Notes under the pieces: generated by a model
Told to the model about the DNA's origin: nothing
The model's database searches: none
Seen by the model: the letters and a program-made list of their open reading frames with translations, nothing else
Translations under genes and position numbers: made by a program
Source: an uncultured Nitrospiraceae bacterium
GTDB taxonomy: Bacteria; Nitrospirota; Thermodesulfovibrionia; Thermodesulfovibrionales; SM23-35
Length of the DNA stretch: 64,000 nt
Direction: 5' to 3'
Assembly: GCA_937138415.1 (NCBI GenBank)
Contig: CAKZPA010000041.1
Span: 1,072-65,071, forward strand
Part shown: positions 8,555 through 17,671 of the stretch, in pieces
Layout of the letters: every line of letters starts with the position of its first letter
Numbering within the stretch: the first letter of the stretch is position 1

Positions 8555-9997
8555 TCAGTGGATCGACCTTCGCCGCTGCACTTGCGACGGAATCCCGAGT
8601 TCTTCCCGGTATTTCGCGACCGTTCTCCGCGCGATCGTGATGCCGTCCCTCTTCAGAATTTCCGAAATGTGCTGGTCACTGAGCGGTTTCCCTTTCGCCT
8701 CCTCCGCGATTATCTTCCTGATGATATCCTTCACCGAGGTGGACGATACGCTGCCCATGCCCCTGCTGAGGGCGCTGCTGAAGAGGAAGCGGAATCCGAA
8801 GATGCCGTGCTCGCACGACAAGTACTTGTTCGACGTGACCCTGCTGATCGTGCTCTCGTGCAGGTTCAGCGCCGCGGCGACCTCCTTGAGGGTGAGCGGC
8901 CTGAGGTGCTGGACGCCGTGCTCGAAAAAGTCTTTCTGCAGGTCGAGGAGCGTCTCCGTGACACGGTAAATGGTCCGGTTCCGCTGATCCAGACTCTTGA
9001 GCAAGCCGACCGCCGAACGCATCTTCTCGAGCAAAAACTGCTTGTCCTCTTTCGGGAAATCAGCCTGCTGCTGCAGGAGCTTTTTATAGTAACTGCTCAC
9101 CCGCAATCTCGGAACCCCCTCGTCATTGAGGATAATCTGATAGCCCCCGGCGGCCTTCACGAGATAGACGTCGGGCGTCACGTAGGTCGGGCTGGCGTTC
9201 GAGAAATTCCGGCCCGGCTTCGGCTCGAGCCCCTCGATCACCTTGACCGCCGCGAGGACGTCCGAGAGAGGGACGCCGCGCTGCTGCGCGATCGCCGCGT
9301 ACTTCTTCTTCTCCAGTTCGGCCATGTTATGGAGGAGGATCTGCTCGACGACCGTCCCTTCGAGGCGGAGGGCCTTCACTTGCAGGAGCAGGCACTCGAC
9401 GACGGACCGCGCGCCGACGCCGGGCGGGTCGAAAGACTGGATGACCGACAGCGCATGCTCGACCTCGCTGAGATCCGCGCCGGCGGCCTGGGCGATCTCC
9501 TCGAGAGACGCGACGAGGTAACCGTTCTCGTCGATGTTCCCGATGATGATTTCACCGATTCTCCGCACGTCTTCGGACAGGTGCGAGAGCCTCAACTGCC
9601 ATGAGAGATGGTCGTACAGGTCCGGTTTTCTCGAGAGAAACTGCTCGAACGAGGGCGGCGTGACGGTACCCGGATTGAAATACCCCAGGTCCCTTCCGTC
9701 GGAATGCCGCTCCTCGAAATACTCGTCGACCGAAAAACTCGACATCTTCTCGAGGGGACCCTCGTCGTCCGCTTCGCGCTCCTGTATCTCCAGGGAATCC
9801 TTCTCTTCGGGCGATAGTTCATCGAGGGACACTTCGTCGAGGGACTCCTCGAGGAACGGGTTCTCCATCAACTCCTGATTGAGATAGTGAGACAGCTCGA
9901 GGTGCGGCATCTGGAGGAGCTTGATCGCCTGCTGGAGCTGCGGCGTCAAAATCAATTTCTGGGTGAGTCTGAGTTCGAGCCTGCTCTCGAGAACCAT
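8555..9997 (-). CDS. rpoN: RNA polymerase sigma-54 factor
   Basis: N-terminal LTPQLQQAIKLLQMP and the C-terminal RpoN box ARRTVAKYRE. Confidence 0.95.
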   Translation of the reverse strand: MVLESRLELRLTQKLILTPQLQQAIKLLQMPHLELSHYLNQELMENPFLEESLDEVSLDELSPEEKDSLEIQEREADDEGPLEKMSSFSVDEYFEERHSDGRDLGYFNPGTVTPPSFEQFLSRKPDLYDHLSWQLRLSHLSEDVRRIGEIIIGNIDENGYLVASLEEIAQAAGADLSEVEHALSVIQSFDPPGVGARSVVECLLLQVKALRLEGTVVEQILLHNMAELEKKKYAAIAQQRGVPLSDVLAAVKVIEGLEPKPGRNFSNASPTYVTPDVYLVKAAGGYQIILNDEGVPRLRVSSYYKKLLQQQADFPKEDKQFLLEKMRSAVGLLKSLDQRNRTIYRVTETLLDLQKDFFEHGVQHLRPLTLKEVAAALNLHESTISRVTSNKYLSCEHGIFGFRFLFSSALSRGMGSVSSTSVKDIIRKIIAEEAKGKPLSDQHISEILKRDGITIARRTVAKYREELGIPSQVQRRRSIH

Positions 9998-10722
9998 CAG
10001 AGGGTAAACTCCTCTCCGAGGAACGCTCTCTTTACCTGCGCGTCCCTCGTGATTTTGTCCGGACTGCCCTCCCCGAGAATCCGCCCGTTGCTGATGATGT
10101 ACGCGCGGTCGGTGATCGAGAGCGTGTCCCGCACGTTATGGTCCGTGATGAGGACCCCGATGCCCTGCTCTTTCAGGTACCCGAGCATCTTTTTCAGCTC
10201 GACGATCGCCAGTGGGTCGATCCCGGCGAAGGGCTCGTCGAAGAGGATGAAGCGGGGTTTGATCGCGATCGCGCGGGCGATCTCCGTCTTTCTCCTCTCG
10301 CCGCCCGACAGCTTGTACCCTTCCTTTTTCGCGTGGTGTTCGAGCTGAAACTCTTTCAGGATGCGTTCCGTTTCCGCGTCGATCTCGGCCCGCGGGAGCC
10401 CCCGTAGTTCGAGCACCGCTCTCACGTTGTCTTCGACCGTCAGCTTCCTGAATATGGACGGTTCCTGGGGAAGATAGCTGATCCCGAGGAGGGACCGGCG
10501 GTACACCGGCAACGTGCTCACGTCTTCGTGATCGAGAAAGATGTGCCCGCTGTCCGGCTTGATGAGACCGACGACCATGTAAAAGGTGGTCGTCTTCCCG
10601 GCCCCGTTGGGCCCGAGGAGCCCGACGATCTCGCCGCTGCTCACGAACAGGCTGATGCCGTTCACGACGCGCCTGCCGCCGTAGCTCTTTTGGAGATCTC
10701 TCGCCTCGAGGAGGTGCATCAT
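9997..10722 (-). CDS. lptB: LPS export ABC transporter ATPase LptB
   Basis: Walker A GPNGAGKTT, signature LSGGERR, Walker B ILFDEP. Sits next to lptA and rpoN. Confidence 0.9.
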   Translation of the reverse strand: MMHLLEARDLQKSYGGRRVVNGISLFVSSGEIVGLLGPNGAGKTTTFYMVVGLIKPDSGHIFLDHEDVSTLPVYRRSLLGISYLPQEPSIFRKLTVEDNVRAVLELRGLPRAEIDAETERILKEFQLEHHAKKEGYKLSGGERRKTEIARAIAIKPRFILFDEPFAGIDPLAIVELKKMLGYLKEQGIGVLITDHNVRDTLSITDRAYIISNGRILGEGSPDKITRDAQVKRAFLGEEFTL

Positions 10723-10729
10723 GCGTCCC

Positions 10730-11224
10730 CTATTGCTCCTTCTTGTTCGTGAGAAACACCTTGCTCCCCTCGACGATGAAGCGGTCCTCTCTCACGAGGT
10801 ATGTCATTTTTTTCCCGGTCACCACGTTCTTCCCCTCGGTCGCCCGCGGCTCGCCGGTGAACACGATCTTTTCCTCGCCCGCGTAGTAGACCGCTTCCCG
10901 AGAGGTGATCACCCGCTCCGGCATGACGACCTTCACGGAACCGCTCACATCGATTTTGGTCACGCTCCCGCTCGTTCTGTCATAGGAGACGAGCATGCGG
11001 TCCGCGTACATCGTCAGGTCGGATGTCCGCGCGACCACCGATTTCTCGAAGAGCGCCGTGCCGGCCTGATTGTCGGCGGTCAGCGTCTCGGAGGTAATGG
11101 TGATCGGACCGCTTACCTTTTTCGCCGCGCTCTCGGCGCGGACGCCGGGGGTGGGAAGGAGCAATGCGAGAGACAGGAAACACAGGATGGCGAATCTCTT
11201 ACCGCTGGAACGTTGCCTTGACAT
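10730..11224 (-). CDS. lptA: LPS transport periplasmic protein LptA (OstA-like)
   Basis: Signal peptide followed by OstA-N-like beta-jellyroll repeats. Synteny is lptC-lptA-lptB. Confidence 0.75.
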   Translation of the reverse strand: MSRQRSSGKRFAILCFLSLALLLPTPGVRAESAAKKVSGPITITSETLTADNQAGTALFEKSVVARTSDLTMYADRMLVSYDRTSGSVTKIDVSGSVKVVMPERVITSREAVYYAGEEKIVFTGEPRATEGKNVVTGKKMTYLVREDRFIVEGSKVFLTNKKEQ

Positions 11225-11708
11225 TCTTCAGTATCCTCACCGTCTGCCCTTCTTCCGCGCTCATGCCGTCACCCTCGACGGAAAATCGCTTCCCCTCGAG
11301 GTGAACCCTGCCCGCCGTGTGGATCCCTCCGGAGAGCTTGTCGAAGTCGAGCGCGTTCGCCGTGATTCGGTAGCCGTCGCCGTGTGCCTCCACGACCGCA
11401 TCCGTGGAAAAACTATTCGCGGAAAAATCGTAGACGCCTCGGTCCGCGGAAAGAGAGAGGTTGTGGCGGGGAACGCCGAGGCGGACAGCGCGGAGTTCGG
11501 CCCTGTCTTCCCCTTCGAGAAAATCGGCCCTCGCCGCAGCGAGCGTCCAGGTCGTCACGCCGTTCTCCTTCTGGACCACACGGATCCCCTCGATGAACGA
11601 ACCGCTCGGCGCGTTCCGCTCTCCCTCGTACTCCCTGTTCATTCCGCGCGTGACGAAGACGCCCGCAAAAAGCAAACAGATGAGTCCTATCGAAAGCGCT
11701 TTCTTCAT
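11199..11708 (-). CDS. lptC: LPS export protein LptC
   Basis: N-terminal TM anchor, matching size, and position upstream of lptA. Confidence 0.65.
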   Translation of the reverse strand: MKKALSIGLICLLFAGVFVTRGMNREYEGERNAPSGSFIEGIRVVQKENGVTTWTLAAARADFLEGEDRAELRAVRLGVPRHNLSLSADRGVYDFSANSFSTDAVVEAHGDGYRITANALDFDKLSGGIHTAGRVHLEGKRFSVEGDGMSAEEGQTVRILKNVKATFQR

Positions 11709-11809
11709 GGGAAAATTCTATCACAGAGCACGGATGATGTAAACGGAGCGGCCCTCGCGGGGCGGTTCGTTCGGTTGAAAATTTTTCCTGCCCCGCCGAT
11801 AATATACGG

Positions 11810-12130
11810 GTGATTTCGTACGACGATTTTCGGAAGTGCGACGTCAGGATCGGCACCATCGCCTCCGCGGAGAGAATCCCGGAAACGGACAAGCTCGTCC
11901 TTCTCACCGTGGACATCGGCTCGGAGAAGAGGCAGATCGTCGCCGGCATCGCCGACACGTACGAGCCGGGCCACCTCGTCGGGAAGAAGATTCCCGTCCT
12001 CGTCAACCTCGTTCCGAGGAAGATACGCGGGGTCGAGAGCCATGGCATGATCCTCGCGGTCGACGTCGGCGGAAAAGCGATCCTCCTCCACCCCGAAAGA
12101 GACGTGCCCGCCGGCAGCACCGTCAGATAG
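11810..12130 (+). CDS. CsaA/EMAP-type tRNA-binding domain protein
   Basis: DFRKCDVRIGTI..LLTVDIGSEKRQIVAGI..GKKIPVLVNLVPRKIRGVESHGMIL is the OB-fold tRNA-binding signature. GTG start. Confidence 0.8.
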   Translation: MISYDDFRKCDVRIGTIASAERIPETDKLVLLTVDIGSEKRQIVAGIADTYEPGHLVGKKIPVLVNLVPRKIRGVESHGMILAVDVGGKAILLHPERDVPAGSTVR

Positions 12131-12140
12131 AACCGCGTGC

Positions 12141-13151
12141 ATGAGGCCCGGCAGGGATCAATTCAGCGGCTGTCTCGTCGGTCAGTGCCTCGCCGACGCC
12201 GCCGGATTCGTCGTCGAGGGCTTCTCCCCCGCGGCCTCCGTGCGCTACGTGGAAGACTACCTGAAGACGGAGAAAGCCGGCGAGTTCGGCAGATTTCCCT
12301 TCCAGTTCGGCCAGTACTCGGATGACTCCCAGCTCGCGCGCGAGCTGATGGAGAGCTACGTCGCGCGGGAGAAATTCGAGCCGGCGGACTATGCCGGGCG
12401 CATTCTCAGAATCTTCGCCGAGAAACGCATCGTCGGGTTCGGGTATTCGACGAAGGAAGCAGCGCGCAGGCTCGCGCTCGGCGTCGCGTGGGAAGAAGCG
12501 GGGACGCCGCCGCCTTCGGCCAGCAACGGCAGCGCGATGCGCGCCGCGCCGATCGGCCTCTTCTTCTTCGACAGCCCAGATGAACTCATCCGCGCGGCCC
12601 ACGACCAGGGGAGGATCACCCACAAGGATCCCCGATGCTCTGCGGGGGCCGTCGCGATCAGCGGCGCCGTCGCGCTCGCCCTCCGCGAAAGCGACCCCGA
12701 ACCGGAGCGTTTCGTTGCGACGTTGGCGGAGTGGACGGCGACGTTCGACCGGGGATTCGCCGACAGCCTCTCGTTCGTGACGCGGTGCCTGCCCCTTCCG
12801 CCCGAAGAAGCGGCGGCGTTCATCGCCGGCGTCGCGCAGGACGCCGATTATCTCAACGATGAAGAGTGGAAGGGCATGCCGGAATTCGTCGTGAGCAGCG
12901 TGCTGTGGAGCCTCTACGCGTTCCTGAAAAGGCCGCGCGATTACTGGGGAGTCGTCTGCACCGCCATCGCCGCGGGCGGCGACACGGACACGACCGCCGC
13001 GATGGCGGGCGCCATCAGCGGGGCCCACCTCGGCATCGGTGCGATTCCGCACACCCTGTCGGAGCGGCTCAACGACCGGGGCACGTGGCAGCGCGCGGAA
13101 CTCGTCGAACTCGCGCATCGGTGCTACGACATAAAAATGCGGCGGCGATAA
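12141..13151 (+). CDS. ADP-ribosylglycohydrolase family protein
   Basis: GCLVGQCLADAAG, YSDDSQLA, NGSAMRAAPIG, GGDTDTTAAMAGAISGA. Confidence 0.8.
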   Translation: MRPGRDQFSGCLVGQCLADAAGFVVEGFSPAASVRYVEDYLKTEKAGEFGRFPFQFGQYSDDSQLARELMESYVAREKFEPADYAGRILRIFAEKRIVGFGYSTKEAARRLALGVAWEEAGTPPPSASNGSAMRAAPIGLFFFDSPDELIRAAHDQGRITHKDPRCSAGAVAISGAVALALRESDPEPERFVATLAEWTATFDRGFADSLSFVTRCLPLPPEEAAAFIAGVAQDADYLNDEEWKGMPEFVVSSVLWSLYAFLKRPRDYWGVVCTAIAAGGDTDTTAAMAGAISGAHLGIGAIPHTLSERLNDRGTWQRAELVELAHRCYDIKMRRR

Positions 13152-13181
13152 ACGAGTCGTGCGCCAGAAGCGGAAGACCCG

Positions 13182-13991
13182 GTGATCCTCGAACCGTTCT
13201 TCACCGGCGATTCGTACGATACGCCCGACGACGCGCCGCGCGCGCTTGCGGACAGATTGGTTCTCGGTTCCCGCGCGTACTTCGCCGCACGCATCATCGG
13301 GGAAGTCGTGAGGTGCCGCTCCCTCGCGCTGAAGGGACTCTACGACAGAAAAGCGTGGGCGGAATCCTCGTTGAGGATCGTCCGGCTCATCGAGTCCGTC
13401 GGCGGGCGTTTTCACATGAGAGGGCTCGACCGCGTGCGCGCGTGCCGACCTCCGGTCGTCATCATCGGCAATCACATGAGCACGCTCGAAACCTTCGTCT
13501 TGCCGTCACTCATCGCCACCCACATGGAGGTCACGTTCGTCGTGAAGGAGAGCCTCGTCAGCCATCCCATCTTCGGTCCCGTCATGCGCTCGCGGAACCC
13601 GATCGCCGTCACGAGGGAGAATCCGCGCGAGGATTTCGAGACCGTCATGACGAAGGGGAAGGAACTCCTCGCGAAGGGGGCCTCGATCATCGTCTTCCCG
13701 CAGAGCACCCGCTCGGTCGAATTCGTGCCGTCGGAATTCAATTCGATGGGGATCAAGCTCGCGAGGGCTTCGCGCGTCCCCGTCCTGCCGGTCGCCGTGA
13801 AGACCGATTTTTGGGGGAACGGAAAGTACCTCAAAGATCTCGGACCCATAGACCGCTCGAAGCCGATTTACATCGCCTTCGGCGAACTCTTCACGGTCGC
13901 GGGCACCGGCAAAGAGGAGCACCAGCGGACGATCGAATTCATCGTCAACCATCTCCGCGAATGGGGAGGGAAGATAAAGGACACCCCCTGA
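13182..13991 (+). CDS. Lysophospholipid (PlsC-family) acyltransferase
   Basis: IIGNHMSTLE (an HX4D-type box ending in E) and IIVFPQSTRS (an FPEGTR-like box). Confidence 0.7.
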   Translation: MILEPFFTGDSYDTPDDAPRALADRLVLGSRAYFAARIIGEVVRCRSLALKGLYDRKAWAESSLRIVRLIESVGGRFHMRGLDRVRACRPPVVIIGNHMSTLETFVLPSLIATHMEVTFVVKESLVSHPIFGPVMRSRNPIAVTRENPREDFETVMTKGKELLAKGASIIVFPQSTRSVEFVPSEFNSMGIKLARASRVPVLPVAVKTDFWGNGKYLKDLGPIDRSKPIYIAFGELFTVAGTGKEEHQRTIEFIVNHLREWGGKIKDTP

Positions 13992-14248
13992 CGCACTCCA
14001 CTCCACGATAATAGGGAAAAAGGCGCCTGTCCCGTTTAGCCTACTTAATAAATTTTTCATCGAGGGCACTTTTTGTTGAATTCGACTCACAAAGAAGAGG
14101 ACGAGAGGGAAAAGCAGCGCAATTTCTCACACACGATCGGAGCCGACGGGCATCAAAGTGTTCAAAGAGCGCCATGTGGTTCATTTCTGGGCGTACCGCA
14201 CCATTGACGCGTTTTGTGCAGCACTTTCTGAAGAAGAGGAGAAGATCT

Positions 14249-14545
14249 TCAGGTCGTATCAGCAACAATCCGACGATGCTCGAGTAAGAAGATATTCTTC
14301 CAAAGATAGCCTCTGGCCAGGCGAAACCATATCCTCCTGGCTGTCTGGATCACCTGGCCTCCGATCTTCAGAAGCCTGAGTCTGAGTTGCTGGATCTGCA
14401 TCGAGGCAAACTCCGTATTCTTCAAAGCTTCCTGGAGTCTCAGCACAAGCCGGTATGCCGCCAGATGCAGGAAGAGCCTGAACTGATTTGCCACAGAGCG
14501 GTGGCAACTCAATCGGTAAACTTTCAGTCCGTTTTTAAACTCATA
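14249..14545 (-). mobile_element. IS1380-family transposase, C-terminal fragment only (5'-truncated remnant)
   Basis: ..EFKNGLKVYRLSCHRSVANQFRLFLHLAAYRLV..LRLRLLKIGGQVIQTARRIWFRLA matches the conserved C-terminal block I recall for IS1380 transposases. An in-frame stop sits at 14546-14548, and no N-terminal or DDE portion is present. Confidence 0.6.
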
Positions 14546-14646
14546 CTACATCATCGATGCCGTCTTCATCAGTGTCCGCCGCATGGGCACTATTGAGTCC
14601 AAGGAATAAGAATATGAGGAGCGAAATGCTCATCACTTTTTTTCAT
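14541..14646 (-). pseudogene. Stub of a secreted-protein gene, cut off next to the IS fragment
   Basis: GGAGG-ATG at 14646, then an A7 tract, then the out-of-frame sequence MSISLLIFLFLGLNSAHAADTDEDGIDDVV-stop. With A6 the two parts would read as one signal peptide, MKKVMSISLL... Confidence 0.3.
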
Positions 14647-15306
14647 GGTCCTTACCTCCTTATTTTTCCCGGTCTTCGCGATTCCGAATCGCGCGCTTTT
14701 TTCTGTTCATCTCATACCACCCCTCAAGTCACAAATAAGTCACAGATCCGGTGAAGAGGGTGCGCTTATTCCCCTCGAGTGGCTCGTGAAAGCGAAACGG
14801 CATTTGGACCCTAATGACATGCAAGGGCCTTCTCTTTGATCCTCACGGAGAAGATTCTCTACACCCTTTGGCGGCGGGTATTGTGTGAAAAGTGACCCGA
14901 AAACGCTGAATGTGCGGCGCTCTCTATCCGACAGGGTCGTGCCGCGAGCCGCCGGTAAGGACAGCGCTGGCGCTTATCGCGCGCGGCGTCGTCGAATGGA
15001 TATGTCGATGAAATTTACTTTGACGCCATGGTGACAGACGACAACGCGCCGCCGCAGTGCGAAAAAGGCGCCTGTCTTTTTCCTCCCGTGATATGAGTCA
15101 CAGCAGGCTGATCCAGCCCCGCGTATCGTAATCCCAAAACACACGGCATATGTTTCGAAGAGATAAATGCCGGGCAACCGCGAAACACAAAGCCATAAAT
15201 CCTGATATGCGGATAGGATGGCTGGGCCGCCGAAGAAACGAGGCCTCCCTCCTTTTTTCAGACGTCCGTTTCTTTTAGAAAATGAACTCTATGAAGGAGG
15301 TACTCC

Positions 15307-17562
15307 GTGAAACGAAAAAGAGATTTTGATTTGAAGATGGGATCGATCCTTCCTCTCATGGGGTTATTCTGTATCCTGTTCATCTCCAACTCCTGGGGTG
15401 ACTCCCCAAAAACTTTGCCCTCCGATGAAGGCACCGACGCAATCATAACCGGCGAGTTGACGGTGCTCGTCATCGATGATTTTGACAACAGACATGCCGA
15501 GGTCCTCTACCATTTAAAGGAAATCAAAAGCGGCAAGGTCTTCAATCTTCATTTCAAGAATGAACCGCCGGGCAAGCTTCGGACCGGTGCGATCATCACC
15601 GTCCGCGGGAAGAAGAAAGACCGCGATATTTATCTCATGGCTGATACAGGCGGCACCCAGGTGGTACAACTTGTTCCGTCAGCCCCGGTTGTTGCCGGCA
15701 ACCAGAAGACGCTTGTCATCGTCGCGAACTTTCTCGACTCGGCAGTAGCGTGTTCCGTTTCTGATATAGGATATCGGGTGTTCTCGGATCCCCCCAACGC
15801 ATCAGTGAATGCGCTCTACCGCGAGATGTCATTCGACCAGTTGTGGCTCACAGGCAACGTCGTTGGCCCTTTCACAATCAACTATTCCACAACGTCTGCC
15901 TGCGACATCTCGGCATGGGCGTCCGCCGCCGATGCGGCCGCAATGGCGAGCGGCCTGAATCTGTCAAACTACAGCCGGAAGATTTACGTCCTGCCAAAAA
16001 CCAACCCATGTGGATATATAGGCGTAGGCACGCTTGGCGGAAATCCCAGTAAGTCGTGGATTTTCCGATGCGATAGGAGCGACACCTTCGCCCACGAGCT
16101 CGGGCACAACTTCGGCATGCTCCACGCATCAACGCCCACTGATGAATACGGCGACACATCGGATATCATGGGATACGGCGGCTTTGGCTTGCGCCACATC
16201 AATGGCCCGCATCAGGATCAGATAGGATGGCTCAACCCGATCCAGATAACCGGAATAGTCGAGAGCGGCGTATACGCCATTGCGCCGCTCGAACTGAATC
16301 TCTCGCAGGCGCTCTATCCGCAGATTTTGATGATACCGAAACCCGACACAGGAGAATCATATTATCTTACGTACCGGCAGGCTATCGGGCTCGACGCCGG
16401 ACTATCGTCCATTTATCTCAAAGGAGTGAACATCCACAGGTACAAAAGTGATACCGCGACTCGCACGTATCTCCTCGGTGTTCTCGCTGACGGGGAAAGC
16501 TTTACCGATTCTTTGAACGGGGTGACAATAACGCAGTTGAACCGCACCGATCAGTACGTTACGGTGCTGGTGCATCTTGACCACGCACCTGTTTGCGTAA
16601 ACAATGCGCCCGCGGTCAATATAACGCCAGTGAGCCAGAACGCCAACGGAGGCTCGTCCGTTACCTACTCAGTATCTCTGACGAATATGGACACTATTGA
16701 CTGTGCTCAAGCCACATTCTCATTGGCGGGCGAGGTGCCGGAGGGATGGATAGGAACAGTATCGCCGGCAATGTTGACTCTTCTACCGGGTGCGATGGGT
16801 TCGGCATCTCTGACGGTCACATCGCCCACTACCGAAGCGGCAGGCGACTATACAATAACTATCGCTGTCGCTGACGGTGTAACCCCTGCCCGACTAGCGT
16901 CACGGACCGCAACCTATACCGTTTTGCCAACGCCCGTTTGCACCCCATCGGCACCACTCGTACGCATATCGCCGGCGATGCAATCAGGACAGCCTGGCTC
17001 TACGCTCGCTTACACGGTATCAGTGATGAATAAGGACAGTGTGGACTGCGCCGCTACACCTTTCTCACTGACAAGTTCATTGCCCGTCGGATGGATGGGA
17101 TCGGTTTCCCCCTCGGCATTGACCCTCTCGCCGGGCGCGGGCATGAGCGCGACTCTCACGGTGACATCTCCAACAACTGCGGTCGCAGGCAACTATGGAA
17201 TATCGGTCAGCGTTTCCGGTAATGCCGCGCCTCTACATGCAGCCACCGTTAACGGCACATACTCAGTTACTGCTGATGCAACGCCGCCAACGGCTCCTTC
17301 TTCACTCACGGCCAAACTCGTTCGTGGGACTGTGAACCTTTCCTGGTCTGCGTCGACCGACAATGTCGGAGTGACCGGGTATAAAGTCTGGCGCAACAAC
17401 GCGGTCATTGCGAAGACAACCAGCACGCAATACGCGGATTATTCGGTATCGGCCGGACAGGCCTATACCTATTTCATAACCGCTTTTGACGCCGCAGGGA
17501 ATACCTCGGTCTCGAGCAACAAGGCGACCGTCACGATAAGTTCGACGGCGAAGAAAAAGTAG
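15307..17562 (+). CDS. Secreted metzincin-type zinc metalloprotease (M11/gametolysin-like). Carries two tandem beta-sandwich repeats of about 115 aa and a C-terminal fibronectin-III domain.
   Basis: AGGAGG 7 nt upstream of the GTG start. Signal peptide is LMGLFCILFISNSWG. HELGHNFGMLH is an HExxHxxGxxH motif, followed by DIMGY. Tandem repeats lie at 16606-16950 and 16951-about 17274. The Fn3 region reads PPTAPSSLTA..NLSWSASTDNVGVTGYKVWRN. Confidence 0.75.
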   Translation: MKRKRDFDLKMGSILPLMGLFCILFISNSWGDSPKTLPSDEGTDAIITGELTVLVIDDFDNRHAEVLYHLKEIKSGKVFNLHFKNEPPGKLRTGAIITVRGKKKDRDIYLMADTGGTQVVQLVPSAPVVAGNQKTLVIVANFLDSAVACSVSDIGYRVFSDPPNASVNALYREMSFDQLWLTGNVVGPFTINYSTTSACDISAWASAADAAAMASGLNLSNYSRKIYVLPKTNPCGYIGVGTLGGNPSKSWIFRCDRSDTFAHELGHNFGMLHASTPTDEYGDTSDIMGYGGFGLRHINGPHQDQIGWLNPIQITGIVESGVYAIAPLELNLSQALYPQILMIPKPDTGESYYLTYRQAIGLDAGLSSIYLKGVNIHRYKSDTATRTYLLGVLADGESFTDSLNGVTITQLNRTDQYVTVLVHLDHAPVCVNNAPAVNITPVSQNANGGSSVTYSVSLTNMDTIDCAQATFSLAGEVPEGWIGTVSPAMLTLLPGAMGSASLTVTSPTTEAAGDYTITIAVADGVTPARLASRTATYTVLPTPVCTPSAPLVRISPAMQSGQPGSTLAYTVSVMNKDSVDCAATPFSLTSSLPVGWMGSVSPSALTLSPGAGMSATLTVTSPTTAVAGNYGISVSVSGNAAPLHAATVNGTYSVTADATPPTAPSSLTAKLVRGTVNLSWSASTDNVGVTGYKVWRNNAVIAKTTSTQYADYSVSAGQAYTYFITAFDAAGNTSVSSNKATVTISSTAKKK

Positions 17563-17583
17563 CCGGGCAAGGCTGCAAGAAAA

Positions 17584-17623
17584 CCAAAAAAAGAGGAGGT
17601 GACCCTCACGGGTCACCTCCTCT
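17584..17623 (-). terminator. Rho-independent terminator of the adhesin gene, between convergent genes
   Basis: Perfect 14-bp stem, 17592-17605 pairing with 17610-17623, with a 4-nt loop. A U-run follows on the minus strand (A-run 17585-17591 on the plus strand). Confidence 0.7.
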
Positions 17624-17671
17624 CTCAAGCTGTATGCCTCCGTCCAAAGACAGAAACTGTCACTAATCCTT

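Noticed and set aside
14925-14985. GAGCCGCCGGUAAGG..GGCGCUU resembling a group II intron domain V, with a GTGCG nearby.
   Set aside because: The two arms do not pair as domain V requires. There is no reverse transcriptase ORF or other intron domains.
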